A stretch of DNA of 52,253 bases from Deltaproteobacteria bacterium (GCA_021827495.1 JAKAVN010000005.1:1-52253); one strand, 5' to 3'; positions 29,064 through 40,742 are shown, counted from the first letter of the stretch. Numbers and translations: made by a program. Notes: generated by a model not told the origin, from the sequence alone.

Positions 29064-29969
29064 ATGCCCGTAGAAAAAGTGAAATTCAAGAGCGGCGGAA
29101 TCCACTGCGCTGGAGATTTATACATTCCGGAGGTGCGGCGCGCGGGTTCGCGCGGTCCGGCCCTGGTCATCGGCCATGGCTTCAGCGTCGTAAAGGAAGC
29201 GCTCCCCGAGGAAGCTGGATACTTTCAGCGCGCCGGGTACGTGGTCCTCGCGATCGATTATCGCAGCTTCGGCGAAAGCGAGGGCGAGCCGCGAGGCCAA
29301 CTGTTTCCGCTCAACGAAGTCGAAGACTATCGCAACGCGATCAGCTATCTGGAGACTCGTGCGGAGGTCGATCCCGGCCGGATCGGCATCTGGGGCAGCA
29401 GCTTCGGCGGCGCGGTGGTCATCTATACCGCGGCCGCCGATCGTCGGGCCAAGGCCGTGGTCGCGCAGGTCCCGGTCGTCAACGGGCGGCGCTGGATGCA
29501 GTCGCTTCGGACCAGCGACCAGTGGCTGGCACTGCTGGACAAGCTCGAAGAAGACCGGCGACGGCGCTTCCAAACCGGCGAAGGCGCCCGCGTGCCGGTG
29601 AGCGGCATGGCAAGTCAGAGCGTGTTTTGTGCGATGCCCGCCGATGCTCCGATCATCGCCTTTTTCGAAGAGGCGAAGAAGAGCCTGAAAACGTGGCGTG
29701 CGGACCTGGTTCTGGAATCAGTCGAAAAAATCATCGAGTTCAGCCCGGAGAGCGTGATTCATCAGATCTCGCCGCGCCCGCTGTGCATGGTGGTTACCGC
29801 CGGTTATGACATGATCCATCCAATCGAGCACATTTTGGACGCCTATCGTAAGGCCAACGAGCCCAAGAAGCTGGCGCTGCTGCCCTACGACCAGCTTGGT
29901 CTCTATACGGAACCGGGGCGCGGCGACGCTATGCGCGTCGCGATCGATTGGTTCAACCAGTACCTGTAA
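29064..29969 (+). CDS. Alpha/beta hydrolase (S15/S9-like)
   Basis: HGFS, DYRSFGESEGEPR, IGIWGSSFGG nucleophile elbow; GGGAGG RBS. Confidence 0.9.
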   Translation: MPVEKVKFKSGGIHCAGDLYIPEVRRAGSRGPALVIGHGFSVVKEALPEEAGYFQRAGYVVLAIDYRSFGESEGEPRGQLFPLNEVEDYRNAISYLETRAEVDPGRIGIWGSSFGGAVVIYTAAADRRAKAVVAQVPVVNGRRWMQSLRTSDQWLALLDKLEEDRRRRFQTGEGARVPVSGMASQSVFCAMPADAPIIAFFEEAKKSLKTWRADLVLESVEKIIEFSPESVIHQISPRPLCMVVTAGYDMIHPIEHILDAYRKANEPKKLALLPYDQLGLYTEPGRGDAMRVAIDWFNQYL

Positions 29970-30210
29970 GTCTGTTCGGCCGCTGCACGCTTTTTCTATT
30001 CGCTCCCTGGAGTGGGGAGTTGGCCACCATCGCGCGGCGTGCTGGCGCGTGCGCACTGCGGCTTGTCCGCCGCGCCGAGTTCTGTCACAAACTTTGCGCA
30101 ATAGGGTTGCCTGGACGCGCCTCGGCCTGTAGCCAGCTCAGGCGCGGCCGCGGCATTGCGCGGCGGGTCCACGCCCTTGCAGCGCTCAGCATGATCGAGG
30201 AGAAACTGCG

Positions 30211-31536
30211 ATGCCGTTAGCGATTTCCTGCCTGGGTGCCGCGCTTGCCGGCCTGCTGCGTGCCGCTCCGCTTACTGCGGCCGCGGCGGCCGCGCCGCCG
30301 CTGGCCATCAACAGCGGCGACACCGCATGGTTGCTGACCTCATCGGCACTGGTCCTGCTGATGACCGCGCCGGGGCTGGCCCTGTTCTACGGCGGGATGG
30401 TGCGGCGCAAGAACGTGCTCGCGATCCTGATGCAGAGCTTCATCCTGGCCGCGCTGGTTTCGATCCAGTGGATGCTGTTCGGCTACAGCATCGCGTTTTC
30501 GCCCGGCAACGCGTTCATCGGCGGCCTGCAATGGATCGGGCTTAGCGGCGTCAGCGCGACGCAGCCTTATGCCGCCTACGCGCCGACCGTCCCGCATCAG
30601 GCCTACATGATCTTCCAGTGCATGTTCGCCGTGATCACGCCGGCGCTGATCACCGGCGCTTTCGCCGAGCGCATCTCGTTCAAGGGCTTCCTGGTCTTCA
30701 GTCTGCTCTGGATGACGCTCATCTACGATCCGCTGGCGCATTGGGTATGGGGCGTGGGTGGATGGCTGCACGACCTGGGCGCGCTGGATTTCGCCGGCGG
30801 CACCGTGGTGCATATCTCCTCGGGGACCTCGGCGCTCGCCGCCGCGCTGGTCATCGGGCAGCGGCGCGGGTTCATGCGCGAGCCGATGCCGCCGCATAAC
30901 CTCACGCTGACGCTGACCGGCGCGGGCCTGCTGTGGTTCGGATGGTTCGGGTTCAACGCCGGCAGCGCGCTCGCCGCCAACGGGCTTGCGACCTCGGCAT
31001 TCGTCGCGACCCACTTCGGCGCGGCTGCGGCAGCGCTGGGATGGGTTTTTGCGGAATGGATCATACTTGGCAAGCCGACCACGCTCGGCGTTGCCAGCGG
31101 CGTGGTCGCCGGGCTGGTTGCGATCACGCCGGCCTCGGGCTATGTCGGGCCGCTGCCGGCGATGGTGATCGGGCTGGTCGCCGGCGTGGTGTGCTTTTTC
31201 GCGGTGCGGCTGAAGGCGCGCTTTGGCTATGACGACGCGCTCGACGTGGTCGGAGTGCATGCGGTGGGCGGCATCTGGGGCGCGCTCGCCACCGGCCTGT
31301 TCGCCAGCGTCGCGGTCAACGCGGCGGGCGGCAACGGGCTCTTTTACGGCAATCCGCGCCAGTTCCTGATCCAGGCGGTCGCGGTGGCCACCAGCATCTC
31401 GTTCGCCTTTGTCGGAAGCCTCATCCTGCTCAAGATAACCGACGCGCTGGTAGGACTGCGGGTCAGTGATGAGGCCGAGCGGAGCGGGCTGGACCTCAGC
31501 GAGCACGACGAGAACGCCTACGAGTTGGGCGCGTAA
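30211..31536 (+). CDS. amtB: Ammonium transporter
   Basis: GDTAWLLTSSALV, DFAGGTVVH, WFGWFGFNAGS, DDALDVVGVH, GLDLSEH; GAGGAG RBS. Confidence 0.97.
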   Translation: MPLAISCLGAALAGLLRAAPLTAAAAAAPPLAINSGDTAWLLTSSALVLLMTAPGLALFYGGMVRRKNVLAILMQSFILAALVSIQWMLFGYSIAFSPGNAFIGGLQWIGLSGVSATQPYAAYAPTVPHQAYMIFQCMFAVITPALITGAFAERISFKGFLVFSLLWMTLIYDPLAHWVWGVGGWLHDLGALDFAGGTVVHISSGTSALAAALVIGQRRGFMREPMPPHNLTLTLTGAGLLWFGWFGFNAGSALAANGLATSAFVATHFGAAAAALGWVFAEWIILGKPTTLGVASGVVAGLVAITPASGYVGPLPAMVIGLVAGVVCFFAVRLKARFGYDDALDVVGVHAVGGIWGALATGLFASVAVNAAGGNGLFYGNPRQFLIQAVAVATSISFAFVGSLILLKITDALVGLRVSDEAERSGLDLSEHDENAYELGA

Positions 31537-31606
31537 GCCGCATTCGTCGTGCGGCGTGAGCCTCAGCGGGGCCGCAGAGGGTCGCACGCGCGCTGGCGCG
31601 CGGGCT

Positions 31607-31873
31607 TCAGCGCCGCAGCGCCTGGAACAACAGCGGAGCGGCCTCCGACATGACCTCGCCGACGATTTCGGACAGCGGCTTGCTCAGGATCGCGAGCTTT
31701 TCGGCCAGCGACTGCATGATGCGCAGGTATTGCTGCTTGGTCGCGGCGCTGATGGTGGTGAGCCGGTCGATCTCCATCACTTCGACGAAGCGGCGATGGG
31801 CCTCGTAGATTTCGCGCTCGACGGGGTCCGAAAACGGATTGGGCTGGTCGAATTTCCTGCCCGTGGTAGCCAT
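31607..31873 (-). CDS. Small helical hypothetical protein
   Basis: 88-aa ATG ORF with amphipathic helical pattern, co-directional with and 94 nt downstream of rodA. Confidence 0.65.
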   Translation of the reverse strand: MATTGRKFDQPNPFSDPVEREIYEAHRRFVEVMEIDRLTTISAATKQQYLRIMQSLAEKLAILSKPLSEIVGEVMSEAAPLLFQALRR

Positions 31874-31967
31874 TGGTGATGCACCCGGTATTGAATTGGG
31901 CGCGCCGCGCGCGCCGCCGGGAAACTATAACAGCCGCCGCGCCGCCCCCGCCATCGCGCGTCCCACG

Positions 31968-33071
31968 CTAGAACAAGTAGCGGCGGGTGTTGATGCTGAT
32001 CATCACGCCCATCGCCGCCATCATCGCGATCAGCGACGAGCCGCCGTAACTCACCAGTGGCAAGGGGATTCCCACCACCGGCAACACCCCGCTCGCCATG
32101 CCGATGTTGATCGCGACCTGCCAGAACACGATGGCGGTAAAGCCCACCGCGAGAAGCTGGCCGAAGCGGTCGCGGGCGTGGCGCGCGATCCAGATTCCGC
32201 GCGCGATCACCCCCGCATACAGGGCCATCAGCAGGATCGATCCCGCGAAGCCGAACTCCTCGGCGAAGACCGAGAAGATGAAGTCGGTAGTCTGCTCGGG
32301 AAGAAAATTCAGCCGCGCCTGGGTGCCCTTCAGAAAGCCCTTGCCCCAGGCGCCGCCCGCGCCGATCGCGATCTCGGACTGGATGATATGGTAGCCGGCG
32401 CCGAGCGGGTCGGATTGCGGATTGAGGAAGCTCACCAGGCGCTCTTTCTGGTAGGGCTTGAGGTAATGCCATCCGACCGGAGCGGCCAGCGCCGCCGCCA
32501 GCATCGCGGCCAGCAGCACCCGTCCGTTCAACCCGCCGACGAAGACCAGAGTCGCGGTCACCAGGGCCAGGATGATCCCGGTGCCAAGGTCGGGCTGCTT
32601 GAGCACCAGCGCCAGCGGCACACCCAGCAACAGCGCCGGGATGATCATCTGGCGAAAGCTCCATCCGCCGCGCGGCGGCTCCTCGCGCAGGTAACGCACC
32701 ATCACCAGCACCAGCGCGAGCTTGGCCAGTTCCGAGGGCTCCAGCCGAATCACGCCGAGGTTGAGCCAGCGGCGCGAGCCGCCGGTCACATGTCCCGCCA
32801 CCATCACCGCCGCCAGCAGCCCGACCGTCACCACGTACAACGGATAGGCGTAGGCCGCGAGCGCGCGGTAGTCGAAAATCGCCGCCGCCGCCATCAGCGC
32901 CGTGCCCACCCCGATCCAGACCAGCTGGCGTACCACGAGCGGGTCAAGCGCATGCTTGGGAGCGCCCCACGACGCGCTCAGCACGCTGAGCAGGCCGACG
33001 CCCGCCAGCCCAAGCGTCATCATGAACAGGGTCCAGTCGAAGTGGTAAACCAGCCGCCGGTCCAGCGCCAT
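31968..33071 (-). CDS. rodA: Rod shape-determining protein RodA
   Basis: GGSRRW, EPSELAK, QPDLGT, GYHIIQS, LPEQTTDFIF, PLVSYGGSS. Confidence 0.97.
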   Translation of the reverse strand: MALDRRLVYHFDWTLFMMTLGLAGVGLLSVLSASWGAPKHALDPLVVRQLVWIGVGTALMAAAAIFDYRALAAYAYPLYVVTVGLLAAVMVAGHVTGGSRRWLNLGVIRLEPSELAKLALVLVMVRYLREEPPRGGWSFRQMIIPALLLGVPLALVLKQPDLGTGIILALVTATLVFVGGLNGRVLLAAMLAAALAAPVGWHYLKPYQKERLVSFLNPQSDPLGAGYHIIQSEIAIGAGGAWGKGFLKGTQARLNFLPEQTTDFIFSVFAEEFGFAGSILLMALYAGVIARGIWIARHARDRFGQLLAVGFTAIVFWQVAINIGMASGVLPVVGIPLPLVSYGGSSLIAMMAAMGVMISINTRRYLF

Positions 33072-33082
33072 CGCGGCCCCGC

Positions 33083-35020
33083 TCAGTCCTGGCGCGCGGC
33101 GATCGAGCCGGGCGGCGGGCGCTGTGGCGCGGGGCTCGGCATCGCCTGCGGTGCACCCGTTACCGGGATGGACGGCTGGCTGCCCGGCGGCGGATAGAGC
33201 GCGAAAAACTTCTGCAGCACGTCATGCACCACCGGCCCGGCCGAGCTTCCGCCGTGTCCGCCGTGCTCGATCACGCAGGCGATGGCGATTTGCGGATGGT
33301 CGCGCGGCGCGTACGCCACGAACCATCCGTGATCGCGGTATTTAAGCGGCTCCTTGTTCTCGGGGATGCGCGCGTTGCCGGCTTCCTTGACGACCTGCGA
33401 GGTGCCGGTTTTGCCGCATACGACGACGTTGTCGAGATGGGCCGCATGGCCGGTCCCGCCCACGCCGTTGACCACGTCGCACATCGCACTGCGCACGATC
33501 TCGAGCACGCTGGGGTCAAACGGGATGCGGCGTTCGAGAATCGGCGGAAAACTTCTGACCACCGAGCCGTCGAGCGCTTCGGCCGCTTTCACGAACTGCG
33601 GCTTGTAGCGGGCGCCACCGTTGGCGATCTCGGCCGCGACCAGCGCCATCTGTAGCGGCGTCGCCGCGACGTAGCCCTGTCCGATCGCGACCGACAGGGT
33701 CTCCGCCGGGTACCATCGCTGATGGAAGCGCTGCTCCTTCCACCGCGAGGACGGCATCAATCCCGCGCGCTCGTTGTCGAGTTCGATCCCGCTCTTTTCG
33801 CCCAGGCCCAGCAGGTGCGCCCATTGGGCCAGGCGATCGATGCCGAGATGAATGCCGACCTGGTAGAAGAAGACGTCGCAGGAACCCACGATCGCGCGGT
33901 GCACCGAGAGCGTGCCGTGGCCCTGCTTGCGCCAGCAATGATACACGCGATTCCCGTACCACAGTCCGCCGGGACAGTAGTAGGTGGTTTCGGGAGTCAG
34001 CGTGCGGTCTTCCAGCGCGGCGATGGCGTCGACCAGCTTGAAGGTCGAACCGGGCGGGTAGATGCCCTGGATGGCACGGTTGGCCAGCGGATGCTGTGGG
34101 TCGGTGGTCAGCGCGCGCCACTGCACCGGGGTAATTCCGTTGGCGAAGATGTTGGGGTCGAAGGCTGGATGCGAGACCATCGCGATGATGTAGCCGGTGT
34201 TAGGATCGATCGCGACCAGCGCGCCTGAACGGTTGCCCATCGCCTGCTCGGCCGCCTGCTGGACGTCGAGGTCGAGGCTCAGGACCACGCTTTGGCCGGG
34301 AATCTCGGGAATCTCGCGCAGCAGCTTAAGCCTGCGGCCGACCGAATCGACCTCGATTTCCTGGCCCCCGGCCTGGCCGCGCAGCTCGCTCTCGAACACG
34401 CGCTCGAGGCCGAATTTCCCGATCTCATCGCCCATGCGGTAGTCGTTGGTGTGGCGGAGATCACCCTCGGCGACCTCACCGACGTAGCCGAGCAGATGCG
34501 CGCCGAGCGATCCGTAGATGTAATGGCGCTGCGGCATCACCTCGAGGCTCACGCCAGGTAGCTGGAGCTGATGGGTCTCCAGCGACACCACTTGCTGCCA
34601 GTCCAGATGTTCCTCGACCGTGACCGGGTCAAACGGTGGACGGTCGTCATCCTCGGCCTGGGCCAGCTTGGCGGCGATGTTGTTCTCGCCGAGGTAGCCC
34701 CCCAGGCGCGAGATCGTTTGCCTGGCGTTGCGGACGTCTTCGGGCACCACCACCGCCTCGAATGATGGCCGGGTGTCGACCAGTGGGCGATGATGAACGT
34801 CGAAGACCAGGCCGCGCAGCGCCGGCTGACGATGGATGCGGATGCGGTTGCGGTCGGCCAGCTCGACGAATTCCTTGTGCCGGATGATCTGCAGGTAGTA
34901 GAGCCGCACCGAGACCACCGCCAACACCAGCGCGATGAGCGTGGAGAGGATGGTGACGCGCAGCTCAATACGCGGTATCGCGCGAACTTTCTTGCCGCGG
35001 TAATAGCGCCAGCGCGCCAT
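33083..35020 (-). CDS. mrdA: Penicillin-binding protein 2
   Basis: YPPGSTFK (SxxK), SCD, KTGT; located in the mre operon. Confidence 0.96.
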   Translation of the reverse strand: MARWRYYRGKKVRAIPRIELRVTILSTLIALVLAVVSVRLYYLQIIRHKEFVELADRNRIRIHRQPALRGLVFDVHHRPLVDTRPSFEAVVVPEDVRNARQTISRLGGYLGENNIAAKLAQAEDDDRPPFDPVTVEEHLDWQQVVSLETHQLQLPGVSLEVMPQRHYIYGSLGAHLLGYVGEVAEGDLRHTNDYRMGDEIGKFGLERVFESELRGQAGGQEIEVDSVGRRLKLLREIPEIPGQSVVLSLDLDVQQAAEQAMGNRSGALVAIDPNTGYIIAMVSHPAFDPNIFANGITPVQWRALTTDPQHPLANRAIQGIYPPGSTFKLVDAIAALEDRTLTPETTYYCPGGLWYGNRVYHCWRKQGHGTLSVHRAIVGSCDVFFYQVGIHLGIDRLAQWAHLLGLGEKSGIELDNERAGLMPSSRWKEQRFHQRWYPAETLSVAIGQGYVAATPLQMALVAAEIANGGARYKPQFVKAAEALDGSVVRSFPPILERRIPFDPSVLEIVRSAMCDVVNGVGGTGHAAHLDNVVVCGKTGTSQVVKEAGNARIPENKEPLKYRDHGWFVAYAPRDHPQIAIACVIEHGGHGGSSAGPVVHDVLQKFFALYPPPGSQPSIPVTGAPQAMPSPAPQRPPPGSIAARQD

Positions 35021-35022
35021 GC

Positions 35023-35550
35023 TCACGCTCCGCGCGAGGCCCAGCCGCGCCCCCTGCGCGGCTGGCTCAGCCCCAGCATCCGCTTGCACCGCGCCACCAG
35101 CGCGAACACCGGCGGCGCCAGCACCGCGGTCACCGTCGCCTGCAACAGCGCGGCGGGCAACAGCGCTCCGAGTTGGTTGGGGGCGCGAAACTGCGTGCTG
35201 ATTAGAAAGCCGCCCAAGCTCTGAATCAGCACCGCGATGAAGGCCAGCACGGCGCCGGCCTCCGGCCCGGTGGCGGAGGTATGGGTTCCGGCTTCGTACG
35301 CGACCAGGTAAGTGAGCGTCACCACGAAGGTGTTGACGCCGAGCTGCGAGCCCGAAAACGAATCCATCGCGTAGCCCATCGCAAACGCCATAATCGGCGC
35401 CAGCGCGCGCCGATGGCGCAGCCCGAGATCGACTGCCAGCACCAGCACCAAGTCGGGCACCAGCGCGCTCAGCGGCAGCCAGCGCGAGGCCGTGGTCTGA
35501 ATCGCCAGGGCAAGCAGGGTCAAAACGGCAAACAACGCGGCCAAACGCAC
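35023..35550 (-). CDS. mreD: Rod shape-determining protein MreD
   Basis: Hydrophobic, PDLVLVL, GYAMDSFSG; sits between mreC and mrdA. Confidence 0.88.
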   Translation of the reverse strand: MRLAALFAVLTLLALAIQTTASRWLPLSALVPDLVLVLAVDLGLRHRRALAPIMAFAMGYAMDSFSGSQLGVNTFVVTLTYLVAYEAGTHTSATGPEAGAVLAFIAVLIQSLGGFLISTQFRAPNQLGALLPAALLQATVTAVLAPPVFALVARCKRMLGLSQPRRGRGWASRGA

Positions 35551-35557
35551 AACCCTC

Positions 35558-36409
35558 TTAGCCCTTGGGCTCCGCCGGCGGCGGCTGGGGAATACGCTGG
35601 GTCACTATCAGCACCTGTTCGACGCGGCGAAAATCGGCTGCCGGCGCGACGCTGACCGTCAGGAACAGTCCCGGCCCCTCGCGCACCACCGCCGTGACCT
35701 CGCCCACCAAGAGTCCGCGCGGGAAAATCCCGTCCACGCCCGACGTCACTATTGTATCTCCTGGCTTCACGTCCTCCGAACGGTCGACGTACTTCATCAC
35801 CAGCCCGTCGTCGACCACTCCGGCCACGATGCCGCGCACGCGCGAGCGCTGGTCGAAGGCGTCGAGCGCCGAGTTATGGTCGTTAATCAACAGCACGCGC
35901 GAGGAACTCGGGCCCACCGCAATAAGCTTGCCGACCACGCCCGCGGTCGACAACACCGCCATCCCGGCCTCAAACCCCTGGTCGGAGCCGCCTTCCAGCA
36001 GCAGCGTGCGCGCCAGGCCCGAGGCGTCGGCGCCAATCACGTTGGCCGCGATCGACTTGAGCGCGAGCGCCTGCTTGAGTTCGAGCAGATCGCTTAGATG
36101 GAGGTTTTCGACCTCCAGCTCGGCCAGCCGCGCGCGCTGGGTTTCCGCGTGGGCCAACTCGGCGCGCAGCCGCGTGTTGTCCCGCTGCACGCCGACCAGG
36201 TCGAGGTAGTCATGGATGATTCCCGCGCCGCCATCGGTCAGCCGGGCGGCGGCGGTCTGCACCGGGGCCAACGCCGCCATCACCAAGCGGCGCGGTTTGG
36301 CGACCCGCTGGCCAGAATGCACGCCGCTCCACAGGAGGTGGGTGGAAATGAGCAGCAAAAGCGCGCCCGTGATCAGAACGCGGTTGCGCCACAGGAAGTA
36401 GTTTTTCAC
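35558..36409 (-). CDS. mreC: Rod shape-determining protein MreC
   Basis: TM plus coiled coil (ENLHLSDLL), GVVGK, VTSGVDGIFPRGLLVG. Confidence 0.95.
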   Translation of the reverse strand: MKNYFLWRNRVLITGALLLLISTHLLWSGVHSGQRVAKPRRLVMAALAPVQTAAARLTDGGAGIIHDYLDLVGVQRDNTRLRAELAHAETQRARLAELEVENLHLSDLLELKQALALKSIAANVIGADASGLARTLLLEGGSDQGFEAGMAVLSTAGVVGKLIAVGPSSSRVLLINDHNSALDAFDQRSRVRGIVAGVVDDGLVMKYVDRSEDVKPGDTIVTSGVDGIFPRGLLVGEVTAVVREGPGLFLTVSVAPAADFRRVEQVLIVTQRIPQPPPAEPKG

Positions 36410-36461
36410 CGCTTTGCGCTTCAGCGATGCCTCAGGACGTCATCGACCGGGCCGCTTACGC

Positions 36462-37526
<1,065 letters not shown>

Positions 37527-37707
37527 TCACCCAGACTTCCGCATCGACCCCCCAAGTAAAGATCGGCCAAGGCCCGGGGCTTCGCGCGGTAAAGGAATTT
37601 TTAGACGTGCCCGAGACCTATGAAGAAGCTAACAGACGCGTATCGCCCGAGGCAAGGCGCAAACCCGATTTGCGCGATTAAAAGCCACAAAATATGATGG
37701 ATACGCA

Positions 37708-39624
37708 ATGCTCGACCTAATGCGCAAGCACGCGTACTCATGGCTGACCCGCGCCGTCGTCATCGGTCTCATCGCGGTGTTCGCCTTCTGGGGCGTTGGC
37801 ACGGGCCTGTTCAATCGCATAAAGCCCGTCGCCACCGTCGACGGCCATCAGATCCTGACCAAGGATATCGACCAGCAAGCCCAGCAGTTGCGCCGCCGGC
37901 TCGAACAAATCTATGGACCCGAGGCGGCGGCGGCGATGGCCCGCTTCAACGTCCGCGAGCAGGCGCTCGAGCAGCTCATCGATCAACAACTTGTGCTCGA
38001 TGAAGCAAATCGTTTGGGGCTAAGGATAAGCGGTGCCGCTTTGAAGCGAATGATCGAATCGCAGTCGGCCTTCCAAGTCGACGGCCACTTCGACGTCGCC
38101 ATCTACCGGACGGCCTTGCGCGGCGAGAATATGCGCCCGGCCGACTTCGAATCCGACGTGCGGCTCGATATGCTCCAGCAACTGATGCAGCGGATGGTGA
38201 CCGAGACGGTCGAGATCGGCAACGCCGAGGCTCGCCAGACTTACGATCAGCTCAACCTGAAGCTCGCGATGTCCTACGTCGAAATACCGTACAAAGATTT
38301 TGAATCGGCTATCACTGCCACTGATAAGCAAATCGCCGACTTCTACCAGGCGCATCGCGAACAGTTCCGCGAGCCCGAGCGCATCTCGTTCGACTTCATC
38401 CGCTACGACCCCGACAAGCTGGCGGCCAAGGTCAATCCTTCCGATAAGGAGATCCAGGAATATTACAACCGCTACCGCGACTCGGGCTTCACTCATCCCG
38501 AGCAGGTCCGCGCGCGCCATATTCTGATTGCCGTGGCGGCTGACGCCACACCCGCCCAAAGGGCCGCCGCCAAGGCCAAGGCCGACGGCCTCCTGAAGCA
38601 GATCAAGGCCGGGGCTGACTTTGCCAAGCTTGCCCGGCAATACTCCGAAGACCCGGGGACCAAGAACAACGGCGGCGACCTCGGCTATTTCTCGCAGGGC
38701 GAGATGATAAAGCCCTTTGCTGACGCGGTATTCAGGATGAAGGCGGGCGAGATGACGGTGGTCCAGACCCAGTACGGCTACCATGTCATCAAGGTCGAGG
38801 ATCACAAGCTTGCCCATGTCGAAACGCTGCAGGAGGCGCGCCCGCAGATTATCGCGGCACTGCGCCATCGCGCCGGCGCCGAGCAGGCCCATCAGGAGAT
38901 CGATCAGGATCTCGCGGCGGCGCTGTCCGGCAAGAACTTCCGGGAGCTGGCGGACAAACGCGGGCTCGACCTCGTCAAGACCCCGTTGCTCGCCGTTGGC
39001 GAGCGCACGCCCGAGATTACCGACCCGCACGTGGTGCAGGAGGCCTTCAAGCTCAACCCCAACGATGTGCGCGTAATCAACGGCCGTGACGCGCAATACA
39101 TGGTCCATCTGGTCGAGCGCAAACCGAGCTATCTGCCCAAGCTCGCCGAGATCGAGACCAAGGTGCGTGTCGCGCTGGTGCGTCAAATGGCCGAGGCCAA
39201 GGCGCTGGAGCAGGCCACCGCCTTCCTCAAGCAGGCTAAGGATGCGGCCGGTTTTGCCGCGGCGGCCGCTGCCGCCAAGCTCGCGGTCCATACCACGGGC
39301 GAGTTCTCGCGCGCCGACAATTCGCTCCCAGGCATCGGCAAGTTTCACGAGGCGGTGCAGGCGGCCTCAATGCTGCCCAAGGTGCCCACGCTCATCACCC
39401 GCCCGCTCGCACTAGACGGCAACGCCTACGTCTTCGAAGTCAGCAGTCGCACGCCGCCGAGCGACGATCAATGGAAGCAAGCGAAGGATGCGTTCATGGG
39501 CGAGCTGCTGAAACAGCGCCAGGCGCAGGCCTGGGAGAGCTTTGTCCAGGAACTGCGGGCGCGCGCCCAGATCTCCGTGCATCCCGAGCTTATCGGCGAG
39601 CAACCGTCCGAAACGCCGATGTAG
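37708..39624 (+). CDS. ppiD: PpiD/SurA-N parvulin peptidyl-prolyl isomerase
   Basis: N-terminal TM, SurA-N region, VRARHILI, FAKLARQYSED, GGDLG, QYGYHVIKV. Confidence 0.92.
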   Translation: MLDLMRKHAYSWLTRAVVIGLIAVFAFWGVGTGLFNRIKPVATVDGHQILTKDIDQQAQQLRRRLEQIYGPEAAAAMARFNVREQALEQLIDQQLVLDEANRLGLRISGAALKRMIESQSAFQVDGHFDVAIYRTALRGENMRPADFESDVRLDMLQQLMQRMVTETVEIGNAEARQTYDQLNLKLAMSYVEIPYKDFESAITATDKQIADFYQAHREQFREPERISFDFIRYDPDKLAAKVNPSDKEIQEYYNRYRDSGFTHPEQVRARHILIAVAADATPAQRAAAKAKADGLLKQIKAGADFAKLARQYSEDPGTKNNGGDLGYFSQGEMIKPFADAVFRMKAGEMTVVQTQYGYHVIKVEDHKLAHVETLQEARPQIIAALRHRAGAEQAHQEIDQDLAAALSGKNFRELADKRGLDLVKTPLLAVGERTPEITDPHVVQEAFKLNPNDVRVINGRDAQYMVHLVERKPSYLPKLAEIETKVRVALVRQMAEAKALEQATAFLKQAKDAAGFAAAAAAAKLAVHTTGEFSRADNSLPGIGKFHEAVQAASMLPKVPTLITRPLALDGNAYVFEVSSRTPPSDDQWKQAKDAFMGELLKQRQAQAWESFVQELRARAQISVHPELIGEQPSETPM

Positions 39625-39675
39625 CGCGGTTCGGCGCAAGGTTCGATACGCGAACGCAAAGCGGGGCAGCCTTAA

Positions 39676-39794
39676 CAGGTTGCGGAAAAACCCGGCGAAA
39701 GACGATTGCGGCGAAGGGTAAGCATTACTACGATCATGAGAGTGGGCCTTGGATTAATGTTGTTAGGGGTCAAAAATCCTTTTTCCGCAACCTG
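39676..39794. mobile_element. 119-bp MITE with 15-bp perfect terminal inverted repeats
   Basis: CAGGTTGCGGAAAAA (39676-39690) and TTTTTCCGCAACCTG (39780-39794), flanked by TTAA and CTAA; relatively AT-rich interior with no transposase. Confidence 0.8.
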
Positions 39795-39812
39795 CTAAAG
39801 GCGGAATAACGA

Positions 39813-40637
39813 ATGAGTTCGTCAGAAGACGATCCCCACCCAGCTAACTTAGGCGTCGACACCAGCGAGTTTCTCCTCCCCGGCACCGGGGTGAGCGCAT
39901 TGCTCATCCACGGGCTAAGCGGTACGCCTTTCGAAATGCGCTACCCGGGCGAGCGGCTGGCCGCGGCCGGTGCGCGTGTGTGCGGCGTGCGGCTGGCCGG
40001 CCATGCCGGCGCACCCGAGGAACTGGGCGCCGCGACTCACGCGCAGTGGTACGAGAGCGTGGTCGAGGGCTTCGAGCGGGTACATCGCTACGGCGATCCG
40101 GTGGTCGTGATCGGGCTCTCGATGGGCGCCGTGCTGGCGGCGCGCCTGGCCGCCGATCAGCGCGAGGCGGTGGCGGGAGTGGTGATGCTGTCGCCGGCGT
40201 TTTTCCTGCCGCTGTGGGTGCGCGGGCCGCTCAAGGCCTTAGGCGCGCTGGGCCCGTTCGCCGACCGCATCTACTTGCGCAGCAAGGGATCGGATATTCA
40301 TGACGCCGCCGCCCGCGGCGTGCATCCATCGGCGCGCCTGATGCCGCTTAGCGCGGTGTTCGAGATGCTGAACTTGTCGGCGGCGGTGCGCCCGCGCCTT
40401 TACCGCGTCATCCAGCCCGCGCTCATCATCCACAGCCGCCGCGACCATACCTGTCCGATGCGCCGCAATGTCGACTTTGTGCTCGGCCACTTGGGCAGCG
40501 CGCAAAAGCGCGCCGTGATCCTCGAGGAGAGCTTCCACGTGGTCACGGTGGACAGCGAAAGAGAACGCGTGGCCTCCGAAGTGATCGATTTCGTCAGCGC
40601 GTTTCGCACCGCTCAAGTTTCCACCGCGATCGGCTGA
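39813..40637 (+). CDS. Carboxylesterase/lipase (alpha/beta hydrolase)
   Basis: LIHGLSGTP, GLSMGA, DHT, SFHVVT. Confidence 0.9.
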   Translation: MSSSEDDPHPANLGVDTSEFLLPGTGVSALLIHGLSGTPFEMRYPGERLAAAGARVCGVRLAGHAGAPEELGAATHAQWYESVVEGFERVHRYGDPVVVIGLSMGAVLAARLAADQREAVAGVVMLSPAFFLPLWVRGPLKALGALGPFADRIYLRSKGSDIHDAAARGVHPSARLMPLSAVFEMLNLSAAVRPRLYRVIQPALIIHSRRDHTCPMRRNVDFVLGHLGSAQKRAVILEESFHVVTVDSERERVASEVIDFVSAFRTAQVSTAIG

Positions 40638-40742
40638 CCGGCGCCCGCCGGGTTCCAACGCCCATTTTCGCAAAATCGCGTGGGCGCGGGGAATAAAATA
40701 AGAAGATTGAGGCGGACTACGGTCGCGTGATCGGCGCGCCGA

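Noticed and set aside
29970-30210. Sigma54 promoter or glnK upstream of amtB
   Set aside because: No GG-N10-GC with correct spacing was found and there is no PII-like frame.
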